A stretch of 64,000 bases of DNA, taken from positions 448,001 through 512,000 of the forward strand of contig CAVVCZ010000005.1 of NCBI GenBank assembly GCA_963746845.1, read 5' to 3'. The notes under the pieces were generated by a model. That model did not search any database. It was given only the letters and a program-made list of their open reading frames with translations, and was not told the DNA's origin. A program made the translations under genes and the position numbers. Each line of letters starts with the position of its first letter. The stretch's first letter is position 1. This stretch comes from an uncultured Chloroflexia bacterium. Lineage in GTDB: Bacteria; Chloroflexota; Limnocylindria; Limnocylindrales; CSP1-4. This document shows, in pieces, positions 49,801-60,609 of the stretch.

Positions 49801-52800
49801 GTGACGTCGCCAACTGGTACGAAACGGAGGGCAAGGGGTTCGCGGCCACCCAGGGCGAGCCCTCCCGGGCGATGCTCTTCGCCCCGATGATCGTCGGCGA
49901 CCAGGTCCGCGGCCGGATCTCGCTCCAGAACCTGGATCGCGAGGACGTCTTCACCGAGGCGGATGTCCGCCTGCTGACGACACTGGCGTCGAGCCTCAGC
50001 GTCGCCCTCGAGAACGCCCGCCTGTTCGACGAGACCCGCCGGCTCCTGACCGAGACGAACGAGCGGGCTGCCGAGCTGGCCCTGATCAACGATGTCCAGC
50101 ACGGCCTCGCCCAGAAGCTCGATCGGCAGTCGATGTACGACCTCGTCGGTGACCGGATCCAGGCGATCTTCGACGCGCAGATCGTGGACATCGGCGTCGT
50201 CGAGTCGGAGATCAGCCAGATCCGCTTCCTCTACACGATCGAGCGCGGCGTGCGGTTCCCGGAGGAGACGCTGCCGATCATCGGGCCACGCCGGCACGTG
50301 ATCGAGACGCGCAAGCCGCTCCTGATCAATCGTGACGTGATCGCCCGCGTCACCGAGCTCGGCCAGGAGCCGGGCCTCACGTCCGGCGAGTCTCCGAAGT
50401 CCGCCGTCTGGGTGCCGTTGGTCGTCGGCGGCGAGACACGCGGCGTGATCTCCCTGCAGAACATCGATCGGGAGGACGCGTTCAGCGATTCCGACGTGGA
50501 GCTGCTGACCACGCTCGCGGCCAGCCTGAGCGTCGCCCTCGAGAACGTGCGCCTGATCGACGAGACGCGACAACGGCTCGCCGAGCTGGCGACCGTCAAC
50601 GAGGTCAGCCGGGCGCTGTCGACCCAGCTCGACCTTGACGCCCTGCTGGAGCTGGTCGGCGAGCAGATGCGGCGGACGTTCGAGGCCGACATCTGCTACG
50701 TCGCGATCCACGATCTCGCGAACGGGCAGATCGCCTTTCCGTACTACTACGAGGCAGGAGCCCGCGGGGCACAGGAGCCCTTCCCGTTCGGGGAGGGACT
50801 CACGTCGCGGATCATCCTCGAGCGCGAGCCGCTCCTGTTGAACCGTGAGGCGGACTGGACCGATCTGCGGTCCCAGTCGCTCGGGACGCAGGCGAAGTCG
50901 TACCTCGGCGTCCCGATCCTCTCCGGCGACACCGCGATCGGCGTGATCAGCGTCCAGAGCACGACCCGCGAGGGACGGTTCGGCGACAGCGACGTCCGGC
51001 TCCTCTCGACGATCGCCGCGAACGTCGGCGTCGCGATCCAGAACGCGCGGCTCTACCAGGAAGCACACCGCCGAGGCGACGAGATGGCGGTGCTCGCCGA
51101 GGTCGGCCAGGAGATCTCGGCGACGCTCGACGCGCGCACCGTCCTCGAGCAGATCGGCGAGCGCGTGCACACGCTGCTGGCGGCCGACACGACCGCGCTC
51201 TATCTGGCCGACGCGGACGGCCGGACGTTCCGCGCGATCCTCGCCATCGGCGAGCTGGCCGACGCGATCAGGGCGGACGCGATCACGGTCGGCGAGGGGC
51301 TCGTCGGGGATGTCATCCGGACGCGCGTCCCGGAGTACGTCAACGACGCCTTCGCGGACCCGCGGGTGCGCGACATCCCGGACACCGACGAGCACGAGCC
51401 GGAGATCGACCGGATGATGATCGCCCCGCTGACCGCCCGAGACCGGGTCACCGGCGTGGCGGTCGTCTGGCGATCGGCCGGCGTGCCGTTCGTCGAGGCG
51501 GACCTCGATTTCCTCGTCGGGATCGCGCGGCAGGCCTCGATCGCGCTCGAGAACTCGCGCCTGTTCACCGAGGCCCAGGAGGCCCAGGCCGCGGCCGAGG
51601 CGGCCAACCAGGCGAAGAGCGCGTTCCTCGCGTCGATGAGCCACGAGATCCGGACCCCGATGAACGCGGTCATCGGGATGAGCGGATTGCTGCTCGAGAC
51701 CGAGCTGGACACGGAGCAGCGCGACTTCGCCGAAACGATCCGGACGTCCGGCGACGCTCTGCTGACGATCATCAACGACATCCTCGACTTCTCGAAGATC
51801 GAGGCCGGCAAGGTCGACCTGGCCGCCGAGCCCTTCTCGCTCCGGACATCGATCGAGAGCGCCCTCGACGTCGTGGCCCCGATCGCCGCGAAGAAGGAGG
51901 TCGAGCTCGTCTACGCGATGGGTGACGGCCTGCCCGAGGCGATCGTCGGCGACGCCGGCCGTCTCCGACAGATCGTCCTCAACCTCCTGTCGAACGCGAT
52001 CAAGTTCACCGAGCAGGGCGAGGTCGTCCTGTCGGTCGAGGCCGAGAAGGGAGCCCACGCGCGCGACCCCTGGACGATCACCGTCGACGTGCGGGACACC
52101 GGGATCGGCATCGCGCCGGACCGGATGGACCAGCTCTTCCAATCGTTCAGCCAGCTCGACGCATCGATCAGCCGGCGGTACGGCGGGACCGGTCTCGGAT
52201 TGGCGATCAGCCGGCGCCTGGCGGAGTCGATGGGCGGCACGCTGACCGCGACAAGCAGTGGCGTGGCCGGCGAGGGCAGCACGTTCCGGCTGGTCCTGCC
52301 GGCCCGGGCGACGACGCTGCCCGACGCGCCGGCGCCGGCACCCGAACGAAGCATCCGCGGGTGCCGGATCCTCGTGGTGGACGACAACGCGACGAACCGC
52401 CGGATCATCACCAGCTTCCTCGCGCGCTGGGGCGTCGAGGGTGAGGCGACCGCCTCGCCGAAGGAGGCGCTGAAGTGGGTCCGGGCAGGACGGAAGTTCG
52501 ACGCCGCGATCCTCGACTTCCTGATGCCGGAGCTGGACGGCGTGGAGCTCGCAGAGGGACTCCTGAAGCTGCGACCGGAGCAGCCGATGCCGGTCGTCAT
52601 CCTCTCGTCGATCGGCCAGCATGCCCGGACGGCCGCGAACATCTCGTCGACGCTGGTCAAGCCGGTCAAGCCGTCCGCCCTGCACGACGCGCTCGCCGAT
52701 GCGCTCGCCGGGTCCGCATCGGACGACGTCACCGAGGCGGCTCCGGCGGCCCGGCCCGCGAAGCCTCGAAGCCGCCGCGCGGCGACCACGGGCGAGGACG

Positions 52801-53195
52801 CACGCGCCGCCGCGCCGCGGATCCTCCTGGCCGAGGACAATGCGGTCAACCAGAAGCTGGCGCTGCGGCTGCTGGAGCGGATGGGCCTGAGCGCCGAGGT
52901 CGTCGGCGACGGGCAGGCGGCCGTCGCGGCCATCGCGGAGCGCGACTTCGACGTCGTCCTGATGGACGTCCAGATGCCCGAGATGGACGGCCTGGAGGCG
53001 ACCCGCCAGGTCCGCTCCCGCTGGCCGGATCGACCGATCCGGATCATCGGGCTGACGGCGAACGCGATGGCCGGCGACCGCGAGGCGTGCCTTGCAGCCG
53101 GCATGGACGACTACGTGAGCAAGCCGATCCGCCCCGAGGAGCTCCAGGCGGCGATCGAGAAGGCACGACCGAGCCTCATCGGAGGACCTGCATGA
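46827..53195 (+). CDS. Cytoplasmic hybrid histidine kinase: 9 GAF + HisKA + HATPase + 2 REC
   Basis: Nine GAF units linked by ENARL-type helices; [29 protein letters not shown]; REC motifs LDFLMP and MDVQMP. Confidence 0.95.
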   Translation: MASKRQRSTSPPPAPDDVDALRARVTQLEAREAEHARSERVQAALYRIAEAASAATDLPSFYRTVHEIVGGLMYAQNFYIALHDAERGRMNYPYFVDEFDKDIPDPNAWEPFGEGQARGVTAYALRLGRPLRIDGATYRALIESHEIELLGVVTDEAVWLGVPLPAEGHSQGVLVIQSYSADHRYSERDLDLLTFVGQHVGSALSRVRAIEETRQRNAELGLINEIGAALAKQLDFDAIIQLVGDRVRDLFAANSMFIALHDPATNLVTFPYDLDEGKPFERGHWPLGPGMTSQVITTGEPLRVGDAAEQAAAGAIQVGGADTLSWLGVPITGASRVIGVLGLESLQEHAYTEADERLLGTLAASMGVALENARLFDETTRLLTESNERAAELSVVNEIGAALADQLEFQAIIDLVGARVDQIFEPVSMYIALYDASTNIVEFPYSTDFGHDVRTTVGRTAMELGPGLTSRIIEMRRPVRVGSNDEADALGAIQVGGPDTESFLGVPIMSGDRVTGVIAMERLERDAYTANDERLLSTLASSMGVALENARLFTETNERAAELAVINEVQAGLAEQLDFDAIVHLVGDRIRGIFKARTIYIGVLDAATRTLSFPYDLTDGKPVHTEPYVVGPGPVSTVVETGKPVLLRSADEARQAGHVDYGTPTESWLGVPIVTADRVLGALVVESPDRDAYDEGHQRLLSTLASSMGVALENARLFDETRRLLTETNERAAELTVINEIGSALAEQLEFDSIIELVGRRIADIFHVDALQILQYHEVEGRIERRYGIEGGKRSESMAFPFGEGLTSKVIRSRTPLNIGSDDDMNAAGAIRTGLRNESWLGVPIPAGDRIFGVIALESMEKRTFDDAHVRLLSTLATSMGVALENARLFDETRRLLTETNERAAELALINDIQAGLAQKLDIQAMYDLVGDKIQEIFDAQVVDIGIYDTSAGLVRFPYTIERGVRFPDEPVEIGGASGWVYRHRQPLLVNRDVANWYETEGKGFAATQGEPSRAMLFAPMIVGDQVRGRISLQNLDREDVFTEADVRLLTTLASSLSVALENARLFDETRRLLTETNERAAELALINDVQHGLAQKLDRQSMYDLVGDRIQAIFDAQIVDIGVVESEISQIRFLYTIERGVRFPEETLPIIGPRRHVIETRKPLLINRDVIARVTELGQEPGLTSGESPKSAVWVPLVVGGETRGVISLQNIDREDAFSDSDVELLTTLAASLSVALENVRLIDETRQRLAELATVNEVSRALSTQLDLDALLELVGEQMRRTFEADICYVAIHDLANGQIAFPYYYEAGARGAQEPFPFGEGLTSRIILEREPLLLNREADWTDLRSQSLGTQAKSYLGVPILSGDTAIGVISVQSTTREGRFGDSDVRLLSTIAANVGVAIQNARLYQEAHRRGDEMAVLAEVGQEISATLDARTVLEQIGERVHTLLAADTTALYLADADGRTFRAILAIGELADAIRADAITVGEGLVGDVIRTRVPEYVNDAFADPRVRDIPDTDEHEPEIDRMMIAPLTARDRVTGVAVVWRSAGVPFVEADLDFLVGIARQASIALENSRLFTEAQEAQAAAEAANQAKSAFLASMSHEIRTPMNAVIGMSGLLLETELDTEQRDFAETIRTSGDALLTIINDILDFSKIEAGKVDLAAEPFSLRTSIESALDVVAPIAAKKEVELVYAMGDGLPEAIVGDAGRLRQIVLNLLSNAIKFTEQGEVVLSVEAEKGAHARDPWTITVDVRDTGIGIAPDRMDQLFQSFSQLDASISRRYGGTGLGLAISRRLAESMGGTLTATSSGVAGEGSTFRLVLPARATTLPDAPAPAPERSIRGCRILVVDDNATNRRIITSFLARWGVEGEATASPKEALKWVRAGRKFDAAILDFLMPELDGVELAEGLLKLRPEQPMPVVILSSIGQHARTAANISSTLVKPVKPSALHDALADALAGSASDDVTEAAPAARPAKPRSRRAATTGEDARAAAPRILLAEDNAVNQKLALRLLERMGLSAEVVGDGQAAVAAIAERDFDVVLMDVQMPEMDGLEATRQVRSRWPDRPIRIIGLTANAMAGDREACLAAGMDDYVSKPIRPEELQAAIEKARPSLIGGPA

Positions 53196-54817
53196 CGCCA
53201 CCGTCGGGTGACGGACTGAACCAGCCGGGCCGGATCCTCGTCGTCGACGACACGGCCTTCAATCGGCAGCTGCTCGCGCGGCTGCTGCGCGGCATCGGCC
53301 ACGAGCCCGTCGAGGTCGAGGACGGCCGTCAGGCGCTCGACCGACTGCGGGACCTGGACGCCCCGCCGATCGACGTGATCCTGCTCGACATCCTCATGCC
53401 CGAGATGGACGGCTACCAGGTGCTCGAGGCGCTGGCCGCCGATCCCGCTCTTCAGCATCTCCCGGTGATCGTGATCTCCGGCGTCGACGAGCTCGACAGC
53501 GTCGTCCGCTGCCTCGGGATGGGCGCGGCCGACTATCTCCCGAAGACCGTCGATCCGGCGATCCTGCAGGCCCGGATCGCCTCGTCGCTCGCGCGCAAGC
53601 GCCTCCACGACGCGGAGCTCGAGGCCGGCGACCGGCAGGCCGCGACGAACGAGGTGCTGGCGATCATGAGCCGGTCCGCGTTCGACCTCCAGGTGGTCCT
53701 CGACGCGGTCGTGCGCGCTGCCGTTCGTCTGTGCCGGGCCGACTACGGCGTCGCCTACGTCCTCGACGGCGGCGCCTACCGCGTCGCGTCGTCCTCCGGC
53801 GGGACGCCCGAGCTCGACGCCTGGGAGCGGGACCACCCGATCCTGCCGGGCCGCGACAGCGTCGTTGGCCGGGTGGCGCTGATCGGTGAGGCGATCCGGG
53901 TCGACGACGTGCTCGCCGATCACGAGTACGCCACGACGCCGGGCCAGCAGGTCGGCGGCTATCGGAGCCTGCTCGGCGTCCCGATCCAGCAGGACGGGAT
54001 CGTCAGCGGGGTGCTGGCCCTGACCCGCAACGACGTCCGCCGGTTCGACGATCCGGAGACCGCCCTCGCGATCGGCTTCGCCGAGCAGGCGGGGATCGGC
54101 ATCGCCAACGCCCGGCTGCTCGAGACGATCGAGCGCCAGCGCGGCCAGCTCGCGCGGTTCCTTTCGCCCCAGGTCGCGGCGCTCGTCTCGAGCCCGGAGG
54201 GCGAGGCGATGCTCGCCGGACACCGACGGGAGATCACCGCGATGTTCTGCGACCTGCGGAACTTCACGACGTTCTCCGAGGCCGCCGAGCCGGAGGAGGT
54301 CCTGGGGTTCCTTCGCCGCTATCACGCGACGGTCGGATCGCTCGTCGTCCAGCATGAGGGCACCCTCGAGCACTTCGCCGGCGACGGGATCATGGTCTTC
54401 TTCAACGACCCTGAGCTCCAGGCAGACCATGCGGCGCGCGCGGTCCGGATGGCGGTCGCGATCCGGGAGCTGTTCGCCGAGATCAGCGAGGAGTGGCGTC
54501 GGCGCGGCCACGTCCTGCAGGTCGGGATGGGCATCGCGACGGGCTACGCGACGATGGGCCGGATCGGGTTCGAGGGCCGCTACGACTACGGCGGGATCGG
54601 CAACGCGATCATCCTCGCTTCGCGGCTCAGCAGCGAGGCGAAGGCCGGCGAGATCCTGATCGCCCAGCGGACCTACGCGGCCGTCGACGGGCAGGTGCCC
54701 GCGGAGCCCGCGGGCGAGCGCCAGCTCAAGGGTTTCAGCCGGCCGATGGCCGTCTACAGCGTCACGACGCCGGGCGTCGCCGCCGGCGCGGACGCCGAAG
54801 CCATGGAAGCGTCGTGA
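53192..54817 (+). CDS. REC-GAF-class III nucleotidyl cyclase
   Basis: [17 protein letters not shown]; GAF; [18 protein letters not shown]; ATGA overlap with the kinase gene. Confidence 0.92.
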   Translation: MTPPSGDGLNQPGRILVVDDTAFNRQLLARLLRGIGHEPVEVEDGRQALDRLRDLDAPPIDVILLDILMPEMDGYQVLEALAADPALQHLPVIVISGVDELDSVVRCLGMGAADYLPKTVDPAILQARIASSLARKRLHDAELEAGDRQAATNEVLAIMSRSAFDLQVVLDAVVRAAVRLCRADYGVAYVLDGGAYRVASSSGGTPELDAWERDHPILPGRDSVVGRVALIGEAIRVDDVLADHEYATTPGQQVGGYRSLLGVPIQQDGIVSGVLALTRNDVRRFDDPETALAIGFAEQAGIGIANARLLETIERQRGQLARFLSPQVAALVSSPEGEAMLAGHRREITAMFCDLRNFTTFSEAAEPEEVLGFLRRYHATVGSLVVQHEGTLEHFAGDGIMVFFNDPELQADHAARAVRMAVAIRELFAEISEEWRRRGHVLQVGMGIATGYATMGRIGFEGRYDYGGIGNAIILASRLSSEAKAGEILIAQRTYAAVDGQVPAEPAGERQLKGFSRPMAVYSVTTPGVAAGADAEAMEAS

Positions 54818-55182
54818 GCGCGGGGCCGCCGATCGATCCGGCGACGTTCGCGAACCTGCTCGAGATGACGGGCGACGACGATGCGTTCGTCGACGACCTC
54901 GTCGACACCTACCTCGAGGAGGGGGCCGGGCTCGTCGACGCGCTGCGGGCGGCCGCGGCGGGCGGTTCGGTCGACGATCTCGTCCGGCCCGCCCACTCGC
55001 TGAAGTCGAGCAGTCAGAACGTGGGGGCGACGGGCCTCGCGGACCTGTGCCGCGGTCTCGAGGAGGCCGCCCGCGGCGGCGCCGTCCCGGATGCTCCGGA
55101 ACGGGTCGCCGCCATCGGCACGGCCTTCGACGAGGTGCGGATCGCCCTGTTGGGCGAGCGGGCCCAGCGCGAGACGCGCTGA
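54814..55182 (+). CDS. Hpt phosphotransfer protein
   Basis: LVDTYL, AHSLKSSSQNVGA..L..LC..LE; GTGA overlap. Confidence 0.93.
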   Translation: MSAGPPIDPATFANLLEMTGDDDAFVDDLVDTYLEEGAGLVDALRAAAAGGSVDDLVRPAHSLKSSSQNVGATGLADLCRGLEEAARGGAVPDAPERVAAIGTAFDEVRIALLGERAQRETR

Positions 55183-55286
55183 GGGTCTACTGGGCGAGCC
55201 GCTGCCAGTCGTCGATCCGGTCGACGGGCCCACTCTCGAGCGTCGACGTTCCCGTGGAAATGGTTCAGCCGCGGCTGTGGCCGGGT

Positions 55287-55895
55287 TCAGCGCAGGCGCG
55301 CGGCGAGCTCCGGGTGCCCGGCCGCCTCGGCGAGGTCGGCCGGGGTCCGCCCGTCGTCGGTTCGGGCCGCCTTGTCCGCTCCTGCCGCGAGCAGGCGGTC
55401 GACGGTCGCGTCCGCGCCGTTCTGCGCGGCGCCGTGGAGCGGCGTGTACCCGTGGCGCTGGACCGCGTTGACGTCGGCGCCCGCGGCGAGCAGCACCGCC
55501 ACGACGTCGTCGTGGTCCCCGGCGCAGGCCGAGTGGAGCGGCTGGACCCAGAGGTCGTTCCGGGATCGGGCGTTGACGTCCGCGCCGGAATCGAGGAGCA
55601 CCCGGGCGGCCTCGGCGGCACGCGCCCCGCCGAAGAACGCGGGGTAGTGGAGCGCCGTGAACCCGTCCGGGCTCCACGCGAGCGCGAGGGACGCATCCGC
55701 GGCCACCACCTCCCGCGCCCGATCGGGGCGAGCGAGCGCGGCCGCCTCGAAGATGTCCAGCCCGGGGAGCTCGCCGGCCAGCCCCTCGGCGACGTCGCGT
55801 CGCCCTCGATACAGCGCGTCCATGACCGCGCTGACCCCGTCCCCCACCCGTGCCTCTGTCGCCATGTCGAGCCCCACGATAGCGATCCGGGTCAT
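55287..55895 (-). CDS. Ankyrin repeat protein
   Basis: DGFTALH, QPLHSA, GYTPLHGAA, GADVNA repeats. Confidence 0.9.
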   Translation of the reverse strand: MTRIAIVGLDMATEARVGDGVSAVMDALYRGRRDVAEGLAGELPGLDIFEAAALARPDRAREVVAADASLALAWSPDGFTALHYPAFFGGARAAEAARVLLDSGADVNARSRNDLWVQPLHSACAGDHDDVVAVLLAAGADVNAVQRHGYTPLHGAAQNGADATVDRLLAAGADKAARTDDGRTPADLAEAAGHPELAARLR

Positions 55896-56019
55896 CGAGG
55901 ATCGCCTCCTCCGCGACGGCTGACCGCGAGTACCATCGTCGGACCGCGCGGGTCGCGGTGCATCCGGCGCCCGGCCCACGCCGCCGACGGCGCCCACAGC
56001 CGCAGGGAGGCCTTCGACC

Positions 56020-56787
56020 GTGCGTCTCCAGGACAAGGTCACGATCATCACCGGTGCCGGAGGCGGCATGGGACGGACGGCGGCCCGGATGTTCGCCGCC
56101 GAGGGCGCCCGCGTGGTGTGCGTCGACGTCACCGAGGAGATGGCCGAGTCGGCCGCGGCCGAGGTCGTCGCGGCCGGCGGCCAGGCGACGGCCGTCGCGG
56201 CGGACGTGTCGCAGGACGACCAGGCGAAGCGGATGGTCGACCACGCGGTCGCGACGTACGGCCGGGTCGACGCGCTCTACAACAACGCCGGGATCATGCC
56301 GGCCGCCGACCACTCCGTCGTCGACACGGATGTCGCGACCTGGGACAAGGTCATGGCGGTCAACGTCCGCGGCGTCTACCTCGGCTGCAAGTACGCGATC
56401 CCGAAGATGGTCGATGGGGGCGCGGGCTCGATCATCAATGTCGCCTCATTCGTCGCGATCCTGGGCTGCTCCGTGCCGCAGGACGCGTACACCGCGTCGA
56501 AGGGCGCGGTGCTCGCCCTCACGAAGAGCCTGGCCGTCCAGTTCGCGCCACAGGGCGTCCGGACGAATTCCATCTCGCCCGGCCCGATCGAGACGCCGCT
56601 CCTGATGGACTGGCTGGTCAAGGACGAGGAGGCGAAGCGGATCCGCCTCGCCCGGAACCCGACGGGCCGGTTCGGCAAGCCCGAGGAGATCGTCCACGTC
56701 GCGCTGTACCTCGCGTCGGACGAGAGCCGCTGGACGAACGGGGCCAACCTCGTGATCGACGGCGGGATCACCGTCAACTACTTCTGA
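56020..56787 (+). CDS. SDR family oxidoreductase (type found in GlnA4-like clusters)
   Basis: TGAGGGMG, NNAGI, ASFVAILG...QDAYTASKG. Confidence 0.9.
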   Translation: MRLQDKVTIITGAGGGMGRTAARMFAAEGARVVCVDVTEEMAESAAAEVVAAGGQATAVAADVSQDDQAKRMVDHAVATYGRVDALYNNAGIMPAADHSVVDTDVATWDKVMAVNVRGVYLGCKYAIPKMVDGGAGSIINVASFVAILGCSVPQDAYTASKGAVLALTKSLAVQFAPQGVRTNSISPGPIETPLLMDWLVKDEEAKRIRLARNPTGRFGKPEEIVHVALYLASDESRWTNGANLVIDGGITVNYF

Positions 56788-56798
56788 GGGACGAGGAC

Positions 56799-57611
56799 AT
56801 GGAGGCACCGTCGGCCGATCGGATCGCGGTCGGGGTGGACGTCGGGGGCAGCGGGATCAAGGCGGCGGTCGTGGATGTCGACCGCGGGGTGCTCGTGGGA
56901 CCGCGCCACCGGGTCGCCACGCCACAGCCGTCGACCCCGGACGTCGTCGTGCCGATCATCATCCGGACCGTCCGGCTGGCCCTGCGCGGTGCGGGGTTCC
57001 TGCCGAGCCGGACGACGGCCGTCCGGTTTCCGATCGGGGTGGGGATGCCGTCGGTCATCCTCGACGGGGTGACGAAGACGGCGGCGAACATCGACCCGGG
57101 CTGGGTCGACTACGACCTGGGGTCGCGCCTCCGGGAAGCGTTCATGGGCACGGTGGTCGTCCTGAACGACGCCGACGCCGCGGGCCTCGCGGAGATGCGG
57201 TTCGGCGCAGGCGTCGGGGAGCGCGGCGTCGTCTTCGTCCTGACCCTCGGCACGGGTCTGGGATCCGGGATGTTCAACGACGGAGTCCTCGTCCCGAACA
57301 CCGAGCTCGGCCACATGGAGATCCGCGGGCGCGACGCGGAGCGACGGTCGGCGGCGGTCGCGCGCACGCGGCGCGGCCTGTCCTGGAAGGCGTGGGCGGC
57401 CGATCTCGACGAGCACCTTCACGCGATCGATCGGCTGTTCTGGCCGAACCTGATCATCCTCGGTGGCGGCGTCAGCAAGAACGCCGACAAGTTCCTCTCC
57501 CGGCTGACGGTCCGGCCGCGGGTCGTGCCGGCGACGCTCCGCAACGACGCGGGGATCGTCGGCTCGGCGATGGCGGCCGCGGAGAAGCTCGTCGAGGGCG
57601 CCCCGGGCTGA
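56799..57611 (+). CDS. ppgK: ROK family polyphosphate glucokinase
   Basis: [48 protein letters not shown]. Confidence 0.88.
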   Translation: MEAPSADRIAVGVDVGGSGIKAAVVDVDRGVLVGPRHRVATPQPSTPDVVVPIIIRTVRLALRGAGFLPSRTTAVRFPIGVGMPSVILDGVTKTAANIDPGWVDYDLGSRLREAFMGTVVVLNDADAAGLAEMRFGAGVGERGVVFVLTLGTGLGSGMFNDGVLVPNTELGHMEIRGRDAERRSAAVARTRRGLSWKAWAADLDEHLHAIDRLFWPNLIILGGGVSKNADKFLSRLTVRPRVVPATLRNDAGIVGSAMAAAEKLVEGAPG

Positions 57612-57662
57612 GCCGCGGCGCCGGGTCGAGCCGGCAAGTCCGTCGGCGCGCGGGCCCGGTGC

Positions 57663-58763
57663 TCAGGCCTGGTCGCGCAGGGCGCGCAGCCGCTCGGTCG
57701 AGCCCGACACGACGAGCGAATCGCCGTCCGTCAGGACGCGGTCGCGGCCTGGATTGGCCTCGTAGTCGGTGTCGCCGCGGACGATCGCGAGCGCAAACAC
57801 GCCCTCGTCAAGGAGCTGGCCCACGGTCCGCCCGTCCAGATACCCGCCCTGCGCGACCTGGACCTCCTCCAGCGAGAACCGCAGGTCGCCGTGCGAGAGT
57901 GCCGCATCGATGAAGTCCGCCACCCGCGGCCGGATCGCCAGCTCCGCCATCCGCCGACCGGCCATGGTGTACGGCGAGACGACGCGATCCGCGCCGGCCT
58001 GCAGGAGCTTCGCGTCGGACCCCTCGGCGTTCGCTCGACCGACGACGAACAGACCGGGATTCATCGTCCTCGCCGACAGCGTCACGTAGACGTTGTTGGC
58101 ATCCGAATCGATGGTGGCGACGAGGCCTCGAGCCCGCTCGATCCCGGCCCTTCGGAGCGTGTCGTCGGACGTCGCGTCCCCCTCCACGACGAGGTGACCG
58201 TCGCGTCGGGCCCGCTCGAGCGATGCGGGCTCGATGTCGATGACGACGAGCTTCTGGCCGGCATGGACGAGCTCGCGGGCGACCGTCGAACCGACACGGC
58301 CATAGCCGCACAGCAGGTAGTGGCCCGTGAGGTCCGCTACGGCGTCCGTCATCCGTCGTGCCTCCCGTCTCCCGCTGGAGACCTCGGCCACCACCGCCTC
58401 CGCGACGATTCCGATGCTCCCGTAGATGATGCCGACCCCGGCGATCGCGACAAGCATCGTCCACAGCCGCTCCGACCAGTCGGTCAGCTCGCGCACCTCG
58501 CGGAAGCCGACCGTCGTCAAGGTGATCACCGTCATGTACACGGCGTCGCCGGCGGGCCACCGGAACAGGACGACGTATCCCGCCGACCCGATGACTGCTG
58601 TCATCACGATGATGGCGAGCCACACCCGGACATGGCGGCCGCTGACGATGTCGGCGACGTTCCTGAACATGCGCGGCACGTGCCAGCGCGTCGGCCGTCG
58701 CATGGTCGAGCCCGTGGCCGGATCGATCGGATGAGCCTCCTTGGTCGCGGGCCGAGCCGTCAT
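57663..58763 (-). CDS. Two-TM potassium channel with RCK (TrkA-N/C) domains
   Basis: [15 protein letters not shown] pore, [20 protein letters not shown]. Confidence 0.9.
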   Translation of the reverse strand: MTARPATKEAHPIDPATGSTMRRPTRWHVPRMFRNVADIVSGRHVRVWLAIIVMTAVIGSAGYVVLFRWPAGDAVYMTVITLTTVGFREVRELTDWSERLWTMLVAIAGVGIIYGSIGIVAEAVVAEVSSGRREARRMTDAVADLTGHYLLCGYGRVGSTVARELVHAGQKLVVIDIEPASLERARRDGHLVVEGDATSDDTLRRAGIERARGLVATIDSDANNVYVTLSARTMNPGLFVVGRANAEGSDAKLLQAGADRVVSPYTMAGRRMAELAIRPRVADFIDAALSHGDLRFSLEEVQVAQGGYLDGRTVGQLLDEGVFALAIVRGDTDYEANPGRDRVLTDGDSLVVSGSTERLRALRDQA

Positions 58764-58925
58764 CCGCCGAGTATCGCCCTCCCGGCGCCCTCGAAACCGA
58801 CCGAAGTGGCGGTCTGGCTCGGCCGGGATGAGCTGCCGTCGCGGTCTCGGAGCGCGGGGGCGGACTACCATGGGACCAGCCACCCGCGGCCGTTCGCCGC
58901 CCGATCCCGAGGCGAGGATTCGACG

Positions 58926-60419
58926 ATGACCACCGAGCAGCAGGCCGCCGCATCCGCGACGGCCGAAGGGCCCCAGATCGCGAGGATGATGATCGGCGGG
59001 GAGTCCGTGGACGCAGCGGACGGGCAGACCTTCGAGGTCGTCAACCCCGCCAACGGGGCGACGATCGCGACCGCGCCGCTCGGCGGGCGTGAGGACGTCG
59101 ACCGGGCCGTGGCGGCGGCGCAGAAGGCGTTCGAGGATCGCAAGGGCTGGGCGAGCTGGGCGGCCGGCAAGCGGGGCCGGTCCCTGTCGAAGCTCGCCGA
59201 TCTGATCAAGAAGAACAGCGAGGAGCTTGCCTGGCTCGAGAGCCGCAACGTGGGCAAGCCGATCGGTGGCGCCCGCGGCGAGGTCATCGGCGCGAGCCTC
59301 GTCTTCGACTATTACGCGGGGGCGGCGAACAAGGTCTTCGGCCAGACGATCCCGGTGTCGAAGCCGGGTCTCGACCTCACGCTCCGCGAGCCGATCGGCG
59401 TCGTCGGGCTGATCGTGCCGTGGAACTTCCCGATCCTCATGGCCTCGTGGAAGGTCGCGCCGGCCCTCGCAGCCGGGAACACCGCGATCCTCAAGCCCGC
59501 GTCGTACTCGCCGCTGACCGCGATCCGGCTCGGCGAGCTGGCGCTGGAGGCGGGCATCCCGGCAGGGGTCCTGAACGTCGTGACCGGCCCGGGCGGGACG
59601 GCCGGCGCCTCGATCGCCGCGCACCCGGGGATCGGCAAGGTCGCCTTCACGGGCGAGACGACGACCGGCCAGGAGATCATGCGGCTGGCCTCCGGCAACG
59701 TGAAGAAGATCAGCCTCGAGCTCGGTGGCAAGAGCCCGAACATCGTCTTCGCCGATGCGGACCTCGAGAAGTTCGCCCGCGAGTCGCCCTACTCGGTCTT
59801 CGACAACACCGGCCAGGACTGCTGCGCCCGGAGCCGGATCCTCGTCGAGCGATCCGTCCACGAGCGGGTCGTCGAGCTGTTCGCCGAGGCGACGCGGAAC
59901 GTGAAGGTCGGCGATCCGGCCGACGACGCGACGGAGGTCGGGACGCTCGTCAGCTTCAGGCAGCGCGACCGCGTGAAGGACTACATCGAGATCGGCCAGG
60001 CCGAGGGCGCGACCATCGTCGTCGGCGGGGTCGAGCCGGATGATCCGGCGCTGGCCGGCGGTGCGTACCTGATGCCGACGGTGTTCGACGGGGTCTCGAA
60101 CGACATGCGGATCGCCAAGGAGGAGATCTTCGGGCCGGTGGTCTCGGTCATCCCGTTCGACACCGAGGAGGAGGCGCTGCGGCTCGCGAACGCGACCCCG
60201 TACGGCCTGTCCGGCTCGATCTGGAGCCGCGACATCGGCAAGGCCCTGCGGGCGGCGAAGGCGCTCCAGTCCGGCGTGATCTCGGTCAACTCGAACAGCT
60301 CCGTCCACACCGAGGCGCCGTTCGGCGGCTACAAGATGTCGGGCATCGGGCGCGAGCTCGGGATGTCCGCGCTGGATCTCTACACCGAGACGAAGAACGT
60401 CTTCATCGACCTCTCCTGA
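58926..60419 (+). CDS. Aldehyde dehydrogenase
   Basis: PWNFP, FTGET, LELGGKSP, GQDCCAR, EEIFGPV, PFGGYKMSGIGRE. Confidence 0.95.
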   Translation: MTTEQQAAASATAEGPQIARMMIGGESVDAADGQTFEVVNPANGATIATAPLGGREDVDRAVAAAQKAFEDRKGWASWAAGKRGRSLSKLADLIKKNSEELAWLESRNVGKPIGGARGEVIGASLVFDYYAGAANKVFGQTIPVSKPGLDLTLREPIGVVGLIVPWNFPILMASWKVAPALAAGNTAILKPASYSPLTAIRLGELALEAGIPAGVLNVVTGPGGTAGASIAAHPGIGKVAFTGETTTGQEIMRLASGNVKKISLELGGKSPNIVFADADLEKFARESPYSVFDNTGQDCCARSRILVERSVHERVVELFAEATRNVKVGDPADDATEVGTLVSFRQRDRVKDYIEIGQAEGATIVVGGVEPDDPALAGGAYLMPTVFDGVSNDMRIAKEEIFGPVVSVIPFDTEEEALRLANATPYGLSGSIWSRDIGKALRAAKALQSGVISVNSNSSVHTEAPFGGYKMSGIGRELGMSALDLYTETKNVFIDLS

Positions 60420-60446
60420 CGGGTTCGCCGCCCCCGTCCACGCCGC

Positions 60447-60598
60447 CGACGCGCCGACCGCGTCAAACGACTTACGACACCCCGTGAGGACGCTCGACAA
60501 CCCGGCAGATTGCCCATCCGGGGTCGTTGGCCGCATTGGGCGCGTCGCTTGACGCTCGGTTGGCGGTCCAGGCGCCGTTTGACGCGCTGAGCGCGTCG
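60447..60598. repeat. 152-bp palindromic element, copy A (downstream of nuclease gene)
   Basis: Ends CGACGCGC-N4-CGCGTCAAACG and CGTTTGACGCG-N4-GCGCGTCG are inverted repeats; colinear with copy B at +870. Confidence 0.85.
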
Positions 60599-60609
60599 CC
60601 ACGGCCTCG

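Noticed and set aside
47900-50570. Regularly spaced 45-90-nt repeats as a CRISPR-like array
   Set aside because: In-frame coding linkers between about 500-bp GAF domains; no cas genes.
49215-53201. 1328-aa minus-strand ORF and many other long antisense or alternative-frame ORFs
   Set aside because: Shadow ORFs of high-GC genes; low-complexity Arg/Gly/Ala content and no motifs; they overlap well-supported CDSs.
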